DNA from: Lepidodermella squamata | Taxonomy: Eukaryota > Animalia > Gastrotricha | Assembly (NCBI GenBank): GCA_047495785.1 | Contig: JBLDXI010000036.1 | Location: 1,240,001 to 1,304,000 of the forward strand | Direction of reading: 5' to 3' | DNA: 64,000 nt | Translations under genes and position numbers: made by a program | The notes under the pieces: model-generated | Databases searched by the model: none | The model's input: the letters and a program-made list of their open reading frames with translations, nothing else | What the model was told of the DNA's origin: nothing | Shown: positions 38,863-50,404 of the stretch, piece after piece | Numbering within the stretch: position 1 is the stretch's first letter | Layout: each line of letters starts with the position of its first letter

Positions 38863-39210
38863 CTCCTTTAGGATTTTTTCGAACGAGAGTGCTAGTTGCA
38901 CTCACGCACGGGTGGGGGGAACTCGAAAAATGTATCTCAAGCCTCCGATCTTTTGCGATTGCTTAAGCTCTCTTTCGTTAGAAGTGATAAAGCTTCTAAA
39001 TTTCGCAATAAGATATCAGCGAATGTGATAGTATATTTCAGCATTTACGGTAACAGTCAAAAAGGGGCCCTTTTATCTTGCATCACACCAAAAGGGTGAC
39101 TACGCACTAATATCATATTGTCTTTTTGTCTTGGATAGAATCCCTCTATCGTAAGGCGCGTCTCATTGACATTTCACCATTTTATTTTAATAATTTTCCA
39201 CAAACATCGA

Positions 39211-40525
39211 TTAAGCTCGCATTTGTTTCCGATCTTTTTCAGGTATCGCAATTTTGCGCGGCAGGTGATACGGCGCCAGTCGCTCGCCCTCCCACCCGTC
39301 CTTGTAGCAATAGGCCGGGCTCAGGATAACTGTCGGCGCATAGTCGACCAGATACCGGTTCAAATGCGACTCTTCGTGGTGCTTCGCAATCACCCCGTTG
39401 TCGTCATCAATTTTTATCGACTCGACCAACGCCTGCCACAGCTCGACCACTCGACCAGCTCGCCCGCCGTAGAACGCGCCGTCGTAGTAGATCCAGCCCT
39501 TTTCGGGCGGGATATAGGCCGAGGATGTTTCGTTCTTTTCGTATGTTAGTTCGGTTCGATTACGGTTGAACATCCAGTAGTTTTGGGTAGCAACCAGATC
39601 GCCGAGAATTTCAGGCCCAACTTCATCGACTACGTACATGTCAGCGTCCATCGAGAAGAAAAAATCATGTTCCTAAAGTAAACAAGAAAAATAAGAAAAA
39701 TTGAATTTTTTCGAAATAATTAAAATTTAATTTCAAAAAAATTGTTTTGAAATTTCACAAAAAGAATTTTCCGTAAATTTTCAATGTCAATAAATTATGT
39801 CAATATATTGAAACCCCGTTTTTTTCCAAAATATTCAAAGATTCATATTTTTTATCCAATTTTTTCAAAAATTTTTAAATTATTTCTCATAATTTTTAAT
39901 AATTTCAAATTATTTTTCAAGAATTTTCTAATTTTTTCAATTTTTTGGCCTTCAACCCTTCACATGTTCTCAATTTTATGGACAATTTTCAAAAATAAAT
40001 TGACCAATTAAATGTGATTTTGTCAACATTTTTTCTTACCTCGTTTAACTGATCGTTCAAGCATCGATTAAGATAAATCTCCGGCCGTTTCATCGAATCA
40101 TGCGGCCATCCGAGTCGTTGTTGAAAAACCAGCGCAACATCCTCGCCAAGGTGATCCATCTGATCGGTGAACACGTAGAAATGCAGCCGAGCGTGACCAC
40201 GCAGCATAAATTGCCTCGCCGTAGCTATTAACCGGCGTGTAAAATCGAAATACCTCCCCGTTGCCATGACAAAAATTGCAACTCGAGGTAGATCGGGCGA
40301 TTTTTCATCGATTTTTTTTGAAATTAATTCCGAAATGCTGATCGATGGGAAAAATTGGGCGCATATCTTTTTTAGTTCCGATTCGCTCGATTCACTCGAA
40401 TATTGATCGGGTGATTTGCTAACCAGTTGGCTGAGGCAGAAAATTAGCAACAGGGCTGATATGGCGATTGGTAAAGCTAAGCTAAGCCAGTTTCGGCTTA
40501 GTCGGGCGTAGAAGCTCAAATTCAT
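39211..40525 (-). CDS. Glycosyltransferase family 6 (ABO / alpha-1,3-galactosyltransferase-like), type II membrane protein
   Basis: Exons 40525-40040 and 39672-39211 (phase 0). N-terminal TM; motifs ATGRY, FYVFTD, WPHDSMKR, MDADM (DxD), YYxGAFYGG, ESHLNRY and LSPAYC. Confidence 0.92.
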
Positions 40526-40787
40526 TTGAATCAGTTGAATCGTGATTTTTTCATTCAAAAAAATGGTGGAAAAATTAACGTAGAATTTTTTGCGTAAATT
40601 GTCGCGTGCTCAATAATTTATTCTTATTCACGCGAACAAACAAAAAGTTTCAAAAAATTATCTGAGGAAAATCTGAAATTTAACATTTTTATGAGAATAA
40701 GGATTCCTATCATTTAGGTAGCTTCAATTAATTAATCACTGAAAATTATTAAAAAAATCGATTATTGCGTTGGTTTTTTTTCAAGTT

Positions 40788-42145
40788 TCAATCGGTTGGG
40801 TTATCAATTAGGCCAAATCCTTTAATTGCTTCATTTAATTTCGCCGTGACCTCAATTGAAATTCCAAGAAGTTCCGGTTCCATCTTTTCCAACTCGATGC
40901 CAAATTTTCTCCCGTCTAAAAGAAACGAAAAATTAGGCGAATAATTCGAAAAAAAAATTAAAATAAATTACGCGCTATCAAGTCGATTTTCACGATTCGG
41001 CCATTTCCAATATCGATTTTTTCGGCCCAAGATATCGGGTAGACATAGCCGTTAGAATACGCCAAATAGCCGCTGATTTCATGTGAATCATCGCCTGCCC
41101 CACGAATCGTTAGTATCAGACCATTTTCAAATCTCGAAAACATGAAAAATCGATTTTCAACCGAATTTTCGAATATTCGAACGCCGCGAAGTATCAGCTC
41201 TAATGTTTCTGATTCCACCTCAATTGTTCCTCTTATCTCTCCAGTTTGTTCGAAAGTTTTTCGCGAAGGATCGAAAATATTTGAAATTTTCAATTTTGGA
41301 CTGGCGGCGTTGCATAGATTTTTGGCAAGAAGCCAAGGGCTGAAATCAACCGAGTGATCGCTCGGATCGGTGAGAGCTTTGAACCAAAATCGAAGCGTTA
41401 CTGGGATGAATTCATCCTGGCCGGTTTGACGCTGCTCGTTTTTCATGAGACCTGCATAGACGATGCGATATTTTCGAACTGCGTCAATTTGCCAGATCCT
41501 GAGCCCACCGGCTGCTATTTTTCTTCCATCATCTATGCACATTAAATTAGCAATACTGATTGAAATTCATAAAATGATAAGGAAAATTGCGTAAAACATC
41601 CAATGTCGAATTGAATTTTAAAAATTTCAAAGAAACTGGAAGCTAATTTTGAAAAATTTTCAAAAAAATTCCAAAAAATTTTAAATTTGAATTTTAAATT
41701 AAAAAAAAAGTAAGATATTATTTTTTGGAATTTTGAAGGCACACAATAAGTATTCAACTAATAAAGAAAAAATTAGAAAATATTTTCCATTTATACCTGG
41801 CTGGGCTGTTTCGTCGTCAATTGCTCTCCAATCAAGCGTGAAACGTCGCCCATCAGCGAGCCTCAACAAAATGATGACATCAACCTTTCCAACCTGACTT
41901 CGTTTCACAGCTAGGTTGATAACATTCCCAAATTTATCGCTGCCACAAAATTGCAGAATTTTAGCTCGCCCGTTGGTGTAGCCAGCTAAATTTTGTTGTA
42001 GCATTTCGCTCTCTTGCCGTTGCCTTCGCTGAATCCTGCGCCAAGTTTTATATATCGCCAATAGATTGAAGATAATGAGCCGTTTTAATATTCGAAATTT
42101 GTTGCAAATAACAACAAAGGCCAGAGTAAGGAATATAAAAATCAT
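40788..42145 (-). CDS. Hypothetical protein with a hydrophobic N-terminus
   Basis: Three exons (approx. 42145-41797, 41533-40972, 40915-40788) join in frame through phase-1 GT-AG introns. No family recognised; start uncertain. Confidence 0.6.
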
Positions 42146-43068
42146 TCTGAAATAATCAAATTCGTGCAAATATTCAGTCAAATTTGAGAAAAGGAAATTT
42201 CAATTTTTAGAAAATTTGATTGGACTGTTCAATAAAATTACCCTTAGTTATATTAAAGATCCCGAACAACTGGGATTCATGAGGATTAAAAAATATTTCC
42301 CAACAAATTCGCCTTCGATTTTAAAAATTTCAGAAGCTTCGAGAAAGCTCATAAAAATTGAAATTAAAGCTGTAACGGGGTCAGTCGAGCATGTCCAATT
42401 AGCTCGAATTTTACTCTTCTTAGATGAATTCGATTTTATATAAAAAAACGGAATATTTAATGCTCTTGATTGAAAATTCGAGAGAATTGTTTGAAATTCT
42501 AATTAAAAATTATTCGTAAAAATAAAAAAAATTAGAATGAAAACCGAATTGAATTAAATTCGATAACATTTGGGCGCTTATATTTGATTTGACATTGTGA
42601 GTTTCAACATTCGCCTTTGAAATTAAAATTTAATTTAACGGAAATTTAAAATTTAAAATTTAAATTCAATTAAAATTATGAGAGAATAGTTTAATTTTAA
42701 CAAAAAAAATGTATTTGGCTATTTTCCAAAACATCATCGCCTCGAGTTTGATGTCAAACGAAAGCTGATGAACGGGAGAATTTCATTGTGGCTACCGCCG
42801 TCCAAATCTAATTTTGGCAGGGCAATTGTCCGTTGCCTGCGAAAAGTTTTCAGAAACGTTCTAAATCCTGCTGAATCCGACACGTTGAGCGACGAAATGC
42901 AATAAAAATCGGTGCCAAAATGAGTCTATAATTCTCCACGTGATACCTCCATCTTGTTTACCTAGTAATAAACGCGACGTAACGCAACACCTTGCCGTAA
43001 TAAATAGAGCTATTGACAAAATAGTTGTCTAAAAACGGCTTAAATCAGTGCAAAGTATATTTTCCGCC

Positions 43069-45066
43069 ATGTTCATAGAAATGTTCGCAATTTTAATTAT
43101 TGCGCTATTAATATGTTTCGCATTATATCGAAAATTAATTGCGCATCGATGGCTGGCAAATGCCGGCATCCCAGGCCCACAGCCGCACTGGCTCTACGGC
43201 AATTTACGCGAGTTATGGTCGACCGATAAACGGCATGAGATTTTTCAAAAATGGGCTGCAAAATACGGACCCGTTTTTGGCTATTACGAAGGCGGCAATC
43301 CTGTTGTTGTGTTCAACCGACTTGAAGATGTTGAAGATATTTCAATTGCTAAATATGACACTTTTCAAGGCCATTACGTATCTGTTCTACAGGTAAATCC
43401 AAAATCAAATTTTTCAGATTGAAATTATCACAAGATTTTTTTTAATTTTTAAATTTCAAAAAATTTCAAAATTCTCAAATTTGAAGTGAATTTTACTAAT
43501 TGCTGTTTTCTTAAAATTTTTGCGATTTATTTTTAGAATTTCATGAGTGAATTGAAAATTCAAGTTTTAAAATAATTTTTTTTTTGAAATTTTCAGCCAG
43601 ACCAACAGACTGATATGGAAAGCAGTATATTTCGGCCGAATCTGTTCTTAGGAACGGGCAATTTTCGGCGGCTTCACCGGCGATGCGTGACCGAGCTATT
43701 CACCGTACCTCGCTTCAAATTGATTTTGCCGCTTTTCGACTCGGCTTTGCAACAATTGGTCGCAGTTCTGCGCTCAAAGGCTCAATCTGGAACCGAATTC
43801 GATATTCTCGACGTTTTCGAACGATTTTCTATGGTAAGAAAATTTAATTAAATATAAAATCATTTATTTGTGAAAAATTTGAAAAAAAAACTAAAAATTC
43901 TATTTTTTAATTTTTTGTTTCATTTTAAATGTAAAAATGTAAAAACAAAATTCAAATTTTAGAAAATATTAGAGAATTCGCATGATATTATTTAGAAATT
44001 TTAGAAAAATTAAAAAATATGTTTCTAAGTATTTTTCTAATTTTCCAAGGATGTAATGGGAACAGCTACAGCTAGCATCGAAATAGGCTGTTTGGCTAAA
44101 ATTAACGAGGACAGCAAACTCATCGATAATGTGCGATCAGTCATGCGTGAAAATGTCGAAATCAGCCGTGTCGAGAAATTTTTCATGATTTTCTACGACA
44201 TTCTTTATTGGCTAATTCCTTACTTCAAACGCTTCATCGAATTTCTTAACCGCGATTTTCACATCGTGAGCCGTCACAAAATTTGGGACATTTGCTACAA
44301 CGTCGTAAATCGAAGGCTGGACCAAGGCTTGGAGGAAAGATCCGACTGGCTAAATTGGCTACTTCAAGATTCGATCACGGAAAAAGAATTAACTAGAGAA
44401 GAAATTGCTGGAATTTGCATGCTATTTTTCGTCGCTGGATCCTCAACAACATCGGCTGGAATAACGTTCATAACGCATCTTCTAGCTCGAAATCCTCGAA
44501 TTCAGGCCAAAATTTACGAGGAAATTTCGAAAATTCCGAAAGCTGATTTTGTGGATAGGGTGACACAAAATACGTACCTGGAGTGGGTTTGCGAGGAAGC
44601 GATGCGAATTCACGCCGTCACGCATGGTTCATTGAACCGTATCGTTTTATCGCAAAATCTCGAGGTGAATGGCGTGAAAATTCCGAAAAATTGCCGTCAC
44701 GTTTTCATGGATACTTGGCGCGTTCATTTCGATGCGAAAATCTGGGGCCCAGTCGATCCGTTTCAATTCTACCCGGAACGGTTTAGCCCGGAATATTTGG
44801 CGGCTAACCCGCGGCCTTCGACGGCGTTTCTCGCCTTTGGCATCGGGCCAGGCATGTGTATCGGCAAGAAATTTGGCATTTTTGAGATGAAACTAGCGAT
44901 TGCGAGTGTTGTGAAGAATTTTGTTATTGTGAATGGGAGCCACGAGGTGATAGCTGTTAGATCTGTGCCGGTTTATCAGCCTTCTGATGGCTTGTTCGTG
45001 AAACTGATTCCACGGGGTACGACGGCTACTTTTAATGACAGTTCAGCAAACAGAAATGAGCAGTGA
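43069..45066 (+). CDS. Cytochrome P450, CYP3-clan-like
   Basis: Exons 43069-43392, 43597-43833 and 44050-45066. TM anchor, PGP hinge, AGxxTT, EAMR, PERF and heme motif FGIGPGMCIG. Confidence 0.93.
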
Positions 45067-46104
45067 AAATTTGTTAAATTTACAAAAAAATGCATACCAA
45101 AAATGATAATTATAAAAATCGGAAAATTTTTCAAAAAAATTCAGAATTTCAAAATTCAAATTTCAGCAATTTCAACAATTTACGACAAAGAATATTTTTC
45201 GGTTTTATTCTAAAGAAATTCTCAATTTTTTTTATGAAGAAATATGAAATAATATGCGAATATTTTTTCAAAATTTCAAAATTCAAAATTCGAAAAGAAT
45301 ACCAAAAATTTTGTAAAATTTCAGAAAAAACGGGCCTTCTCATATGTTTTAGCGGGCAAATTTTTACAGTTTTCAGTGCTGAATTCATTGGCAACGAATA
45401 ATTTTTTAACACTTTTTTCTCAATTTAAATTTTTTTATTCATCATTTTTGCTTTTCCCCGTAGTTTTCAAGATTTTTTTCTAGTTTATTGCTTAAATATT
45501 TATTCTTCCTAATTTAGCCTTTAAGATACCAGATACATTCGAGTTTTTCTGAACGTTTTGTTTCCAACTCTCAGGGAATTCTAACGATTAAAAGCTTGAA
45601 AGAGCATTTTGAAATTTGTGGGCTCAAAAATTGAAAATTTGTAATGAACGCTCAAAATGTTGAATTTCGAAACCTCCTGGTGAGAATAGCGGTCCCTTGG
45701 CAACCCGTTGCTATGTATTAGCGTCGTTTTTTCTTCGCTTTCCATCTCCATCTGATGAGTATAAAAGAGGCTAAATTAAGGAATTAAATCATGAAAATAT
45801 CTCAGAAATCGAATCATCAATCCTCTGAATCGCTGAATTATAAAATAAAATTAATATTTTTTTATTAAATTTTAAATTTTAAATTTTAATTTAAATTTAA
45901 TTTTTAAACTTTGTTTTTGCTGTCTCAACTATAATTCGAGACATCCTTTGCATTTTTTTTAATTTTCTGTATCATGTTTTATAATCGGCTTCAATTATGA
46001 AATAAACAATGAATGATTTATTCAAACAACAGCTTATTCATTGATACAAAAAAAGGGTTTTTGTTCATTAACGAGTTTTTCTCTCAGTTTCCTATTTCCC
46101 AGGT

Positions 46105-48506
46105 TCAGGCAGCACTCTTCGGCCATTTGCCCATCCAAACTGGGAAATAAATAACGGAAAACGCCGTAATCGAATAGACAATTTCACACGCCTCAAGCGC
46201 GACCAACTGGTCCATCCACGACGACATGATGACAATAATTAGCACGCCGGCGCACAGTATGGTGACGCATAGAATCGACACAATGCGATAGCACGCAACA
46301 TCGATTTGGTACTCGACCGATTTCGGCAGGGCCTTAACCTGGTACGCGTAGAAGGCGCTCAAAATCATGAAAATAACATTCAACCCGGTAAAAGCGCCGG
46401 CGACAGGTGCTAAAATCGACGAATAACATCGATGCGACACCAAAATGTAGTACTCGTCCAGGTCGAAATCGAACATAACCCCACTCCTCTCGGTTATAAT
46501 GTGGATTGGCTCGTAAAAATGGAGAAAAATCAGTACGGCAACACAGATTAGGAAGGTAACCCCGGTTAGGATGACCGTGTATTTCCCAACATCTTTCGAG
46601 GCCAGGGATTTAGCTAAGGACCTCCTCCTAGGCTGCGGAGCTGGGTCACTGCTTGTCGAAGCTCTGGAACCTCCCTGGACTGTCATGCTAGTTTGAAGGG
46701 CGGCTTTTGCAGCTGCAGCTTGTTTTTTGTCCGTAGGCACCACAGTGGTATGGGCCAGGCCGTAGTAGATGTGGCCAGGCAGCGTGAAAGACCTAGCGCA
46801 GATCGCAGCGTTGATGATTGAGAACCCTAGAACTGGCATAATGGCTAACCACGGGCAAACCATGTCGTTATCTGCGAAAGCTTCGATTACAACCCCTGAA
46901 TCTAGGATTAAACAACCGATAGCGATTAGCCCAGATCCGATAAGGTCGAAGTAAGGATTCGGCCCGATTTTCATTGTTAGAAGGCTGAAACCGACCTTGG
47001 CGAGACAAATCAGTTTCCCAAGCATTAGGAACAGAGAAATAGCTGAAATCACTGATTTGTTGCTTAGGGGCAAATCGGCGCTGTATAACGCAATGTTCGA
47101 TAGATCTTTAGGCGGCAGGCCGGATTTCGTGAAGAAAACCGGAGGTTTCGGGTTCTTCTTATAAGGGCCAATCGCGAAGTTTTCAATGTTCAAATCAGCT
47201 GTTGTAGCGTTCAATTTATAGATATTGTAGATATGCTGAAAATCTCCGTTTAGGAACTGAGATACAGACTGGTTCTCCGAATCGACCTCTAACCGAATCG
47301 ACCTCTAACCTCCAACCGGCCCGATCTAACACTGATGAAGTCCAACTCGGCGGCAGCTTTGTACAGCAACGGCTCGGCAATGTCAGTGATATCTGCATAG
47401 TCTTTCAAAGTTTTGTTGTAGCCGAGTTTCAGGTATGTCTCAGTTTTGTTCAGGGTGAGAAGAGATGCGGTCATGATGTCGTGGCATGCGTATCGATTGA
47501 AGAAACCGCCCAGGGCCATGAATCGAGGCCCGAGGGTAGCGACTAATTTCCTATCAACATCCTGAGCTGAGTAGCCTAGACTTCCCGGCCCGTCGTAGTC
47601 GCCGAACAACCGAGTCACGCCGACCCAGAATGTTATCTTCATCTGCTCGAAAACCATCTCAGGCCTCGAGCATTCCCTGGGGAATGGGAGGAGCCTAGGG
47701 TCGAGAGGGACGTAGCAGCTAACGCTGAATAGGAACATGTAACTCGGTGCGGTCATGCCGAGGAGATAGGCCTGGCATAGAACCCTAAGGCAGAATCCGA
47801 ACGGGTTCGAAGGGAAGGCTACGACAAAGATCCGCGCGTCACTCGCCTTCATCTCATACGCGAAATCTGGCTTAGTGAAATCGACGTCTGTTATCAAAAT
47901 CGGCACCTGAATTCCGTTGCTGGTGAAGGTCGATGCGATTTGTTTAGCCATGGCGTAGTCCACAGCGGCGGTTGAAGTTATAATGCCAACCTGTTGCCAT
48001 TTGCCGATGCTTTTGATGAAACGCAGATACGCGAAAATCGTATTCTCAACGGGCAGCTGCGGGCGTTGTAGCGCGATATGCCGTTCCCGGGGTACTGTTA
48101 GCGTTATCGAGGAACATCCCAGGGTGTAAGCCAGTGATTTGTAGGCCCTAACGATAGGCGAGTAGTATTGGCAGTTCGTAGGCGAGCCGAGTATAACAGG
48201 CGCTAGTACAGCATCAGATTGGTTGGATCGGAAATTTTCGACAAATGTGACGTAGTTTTTAGGGACTACCTCGCTGGTCCCGCCTTCGTCTAGCTCAGCG
48301 ATTTCCAGATCGTAGTCTGGCAGTAAGTCGGTGCGTTTGTTCACCTCTTCGATAGCCATTTTGTACACAGCCTGGCAGACTGGGCTCAGATTTGACGGCA
48401 CGCTTTTCCCTAGAAATGCGATGAGAGTCATTTTCGTTTTTGTTGCGTTCTGCGCAAAGGTGAGGCCTGCAAAGCTCAGTAGCAAAAACTCACGAAAATT
48501 CAACAT
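46105..48506 (-). CDS. Class C GPCR, GABA-B-receptor-like (Venus flytrap plus 7TM); frame break near 47262-47310
   Basis: Signal peptide; MAIEEVNKRTDLLPDYDL, WQQVGII and DARIFV periplasmic-binding motifs; no Cys-rich domain; seven hydrophobic segments. Joining the two ORFs needs a 41-nt intron, otherwise it is a pseudogene. Confidence 0.75.
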
Positions 48507-49517
48507 CTTTACGTTAATTTCTAGGTAAAAAATATGAATGGGCAGATTTTTGAGTGCGCATTTTCCGAAATTTTATTAGCTGAAATTTCACACTTCAGCG
48601 GATGTTTTTCTGAATTGCAGACCACAATAAACAGCAACGCATATTTCCTGAACCTAAATGAGTGTTTCGACTTGATAAATTTGTCGAGTTTTCAGGCAGA
48701 AAGGCATCATTTTCTTTAGGAGTTGAGATGAAATTAGGCGATAGGGACAGTTTCTGAAGAAGTGATACGTGCAATTTAATTTCTTCCTGATGTCTCGGGG
48801 TGTTGTTTTTGTTGAACAGGAAATTAAACGGGGCACTCCCTTGGCTTGATGCTGTTAATAGCATGTCGTTGGCTGTGAGGATATTAGAAAATCACAGCCG
48901 CCCGCACGTGATAACAATTTTGTTGTCCTAATTACAACATTTCGCCGAGTGAGGACAATTTTTTTGATTTGCGATACACTGAGAGACATTTCAGTGCGAT
49001 GCTTTTGCGTAACAGAAATGTATGTGTTTGGAAAATTATCAGAAAATTGGTTTATATAATTTGAAGGCTAAATTTGAAGCTGCGCATTGTATCACTGACT
49101 TGTTTGAAGTTTTAAGGCGTTCGAATTAAATGTTAATTTTTGGTTGCTTTCTTTGTTATTTCAGGGGCATTTTCAGTCATAGTCCGGCTGAAACATGATA
49201 TCTCAGTAATGAATTAACTGGATAACAAACCCACTTTTGCCCACTTTTGTTGTACATGTTTCTGAATTCATACTCTATCTACTATGATTGGGGGCATATT
49301 TTCCTGCAGGTAGCTTGCTTATGGGATGCCGGATGCCCTAATCTCTCTCGTTCTCACATCGCTGTTACTTTCTCTCTGAAATTGGCTGAGATGAGCTCAA
49401 GTCGAAGAACAAACCAGCTCGAATCAGTGAAGGAAACATGAAGTATCTCCCACCACCTTTTCACGCTTTTATTTAAGAGGAATATAGATCGATATGAAAT
49501 CAATTTTGATATCTTTT

Positions 49518-49895
49518 TCAACGGTTATACACCTTGAGCGGCTTTGAGGCTACGTGGACGTAAATGAAGGTATTTTGCGGCAGCGCTGTCTTCGCGCGGG
49601 GGCAGGGTTGGAAATAGCGGCACGTTTTGCCAACATATTGAATGGCGGCACAACTGCTGGCAGAACAGCTCGAGAGGCAAAATTTGATCGATGACTGTTG
49701 GGCTTCTTTCACCGGCTTTTCCTGGCATGCGATGCTGCTCCGCTCGTAGCTCGTAGCCAATACAATTCGATGCCCATTCCACTGCGAGCAAACAAAAATA
49801 ATTCAAGAATTGTTGTAGTAGGCATTACAACTCGAGACTGTGTAGCATGTATAGCAGCGAAGCAGGATATGACTGCGATCAGGAAAATGCTAATG
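49518..49895 (-). pseudogene. PAN/Apple-domain peptide paralog 1, probably inactive
   Basis: Open PAN exon (CLSSCSASSCAAIQYVGKTCRYF), but the signal exon lacks an ATG and the donor reads cacagt where the paralogs have gtaagt. Confidence 0.65.
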
Positions 49896-50404
49896 GGCTG
49901 TTAGCGTTACGAGCACTGAAAACGGGTTCGCGAACGATCTCAGCTGTCGCGATCTCGGACTGAGGCGACCATCATCGCCAACATAGGAAAATTGAATAAC
50001 AAGTCTAGCCGATTGGTAAATAAGCACCCTCAACTGATGGGCCCCAAGTAGCGGCGGTATTCAACATGTAAACGGTGAGCTGAATTTTTCGCAAAAATTC
50101 TGATATAAGAGGTTTATTATACATATTTATCTGTGATCTTCAATTACATTTTTGGATTGCAAGGTAATTGAAAAATGATATGAAGATAGCGAATGAACTT
50201 CGATCAATAGAACTGAAGTTAGTCGGAAGGTTTGGCTCTGTCAGCCAGAAACTACTCGTATTGAAATCATGGTTATCAGATTTGATATTAGGTTTTCATG
50301 AGATGTTGGATGATGAAGTTTGTTATCAACGTAAAACTTGAATTTAGCTTCTCGATCATCGATATCAACGTAAACTTTGGACAGGTTTCTCGCCAGTTGT
50401 TTAT

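Noticed and set aside
45090-45412. F/K/N/I-rich ORFs on both strands
   Set aside because: AT-rich low-complexity intergenic sequence.
45507-45783. Short inverted ends (aatttagcct / aggctaaatt)
   Set aside because: Too short and no TSD; cannot support a MITE call.
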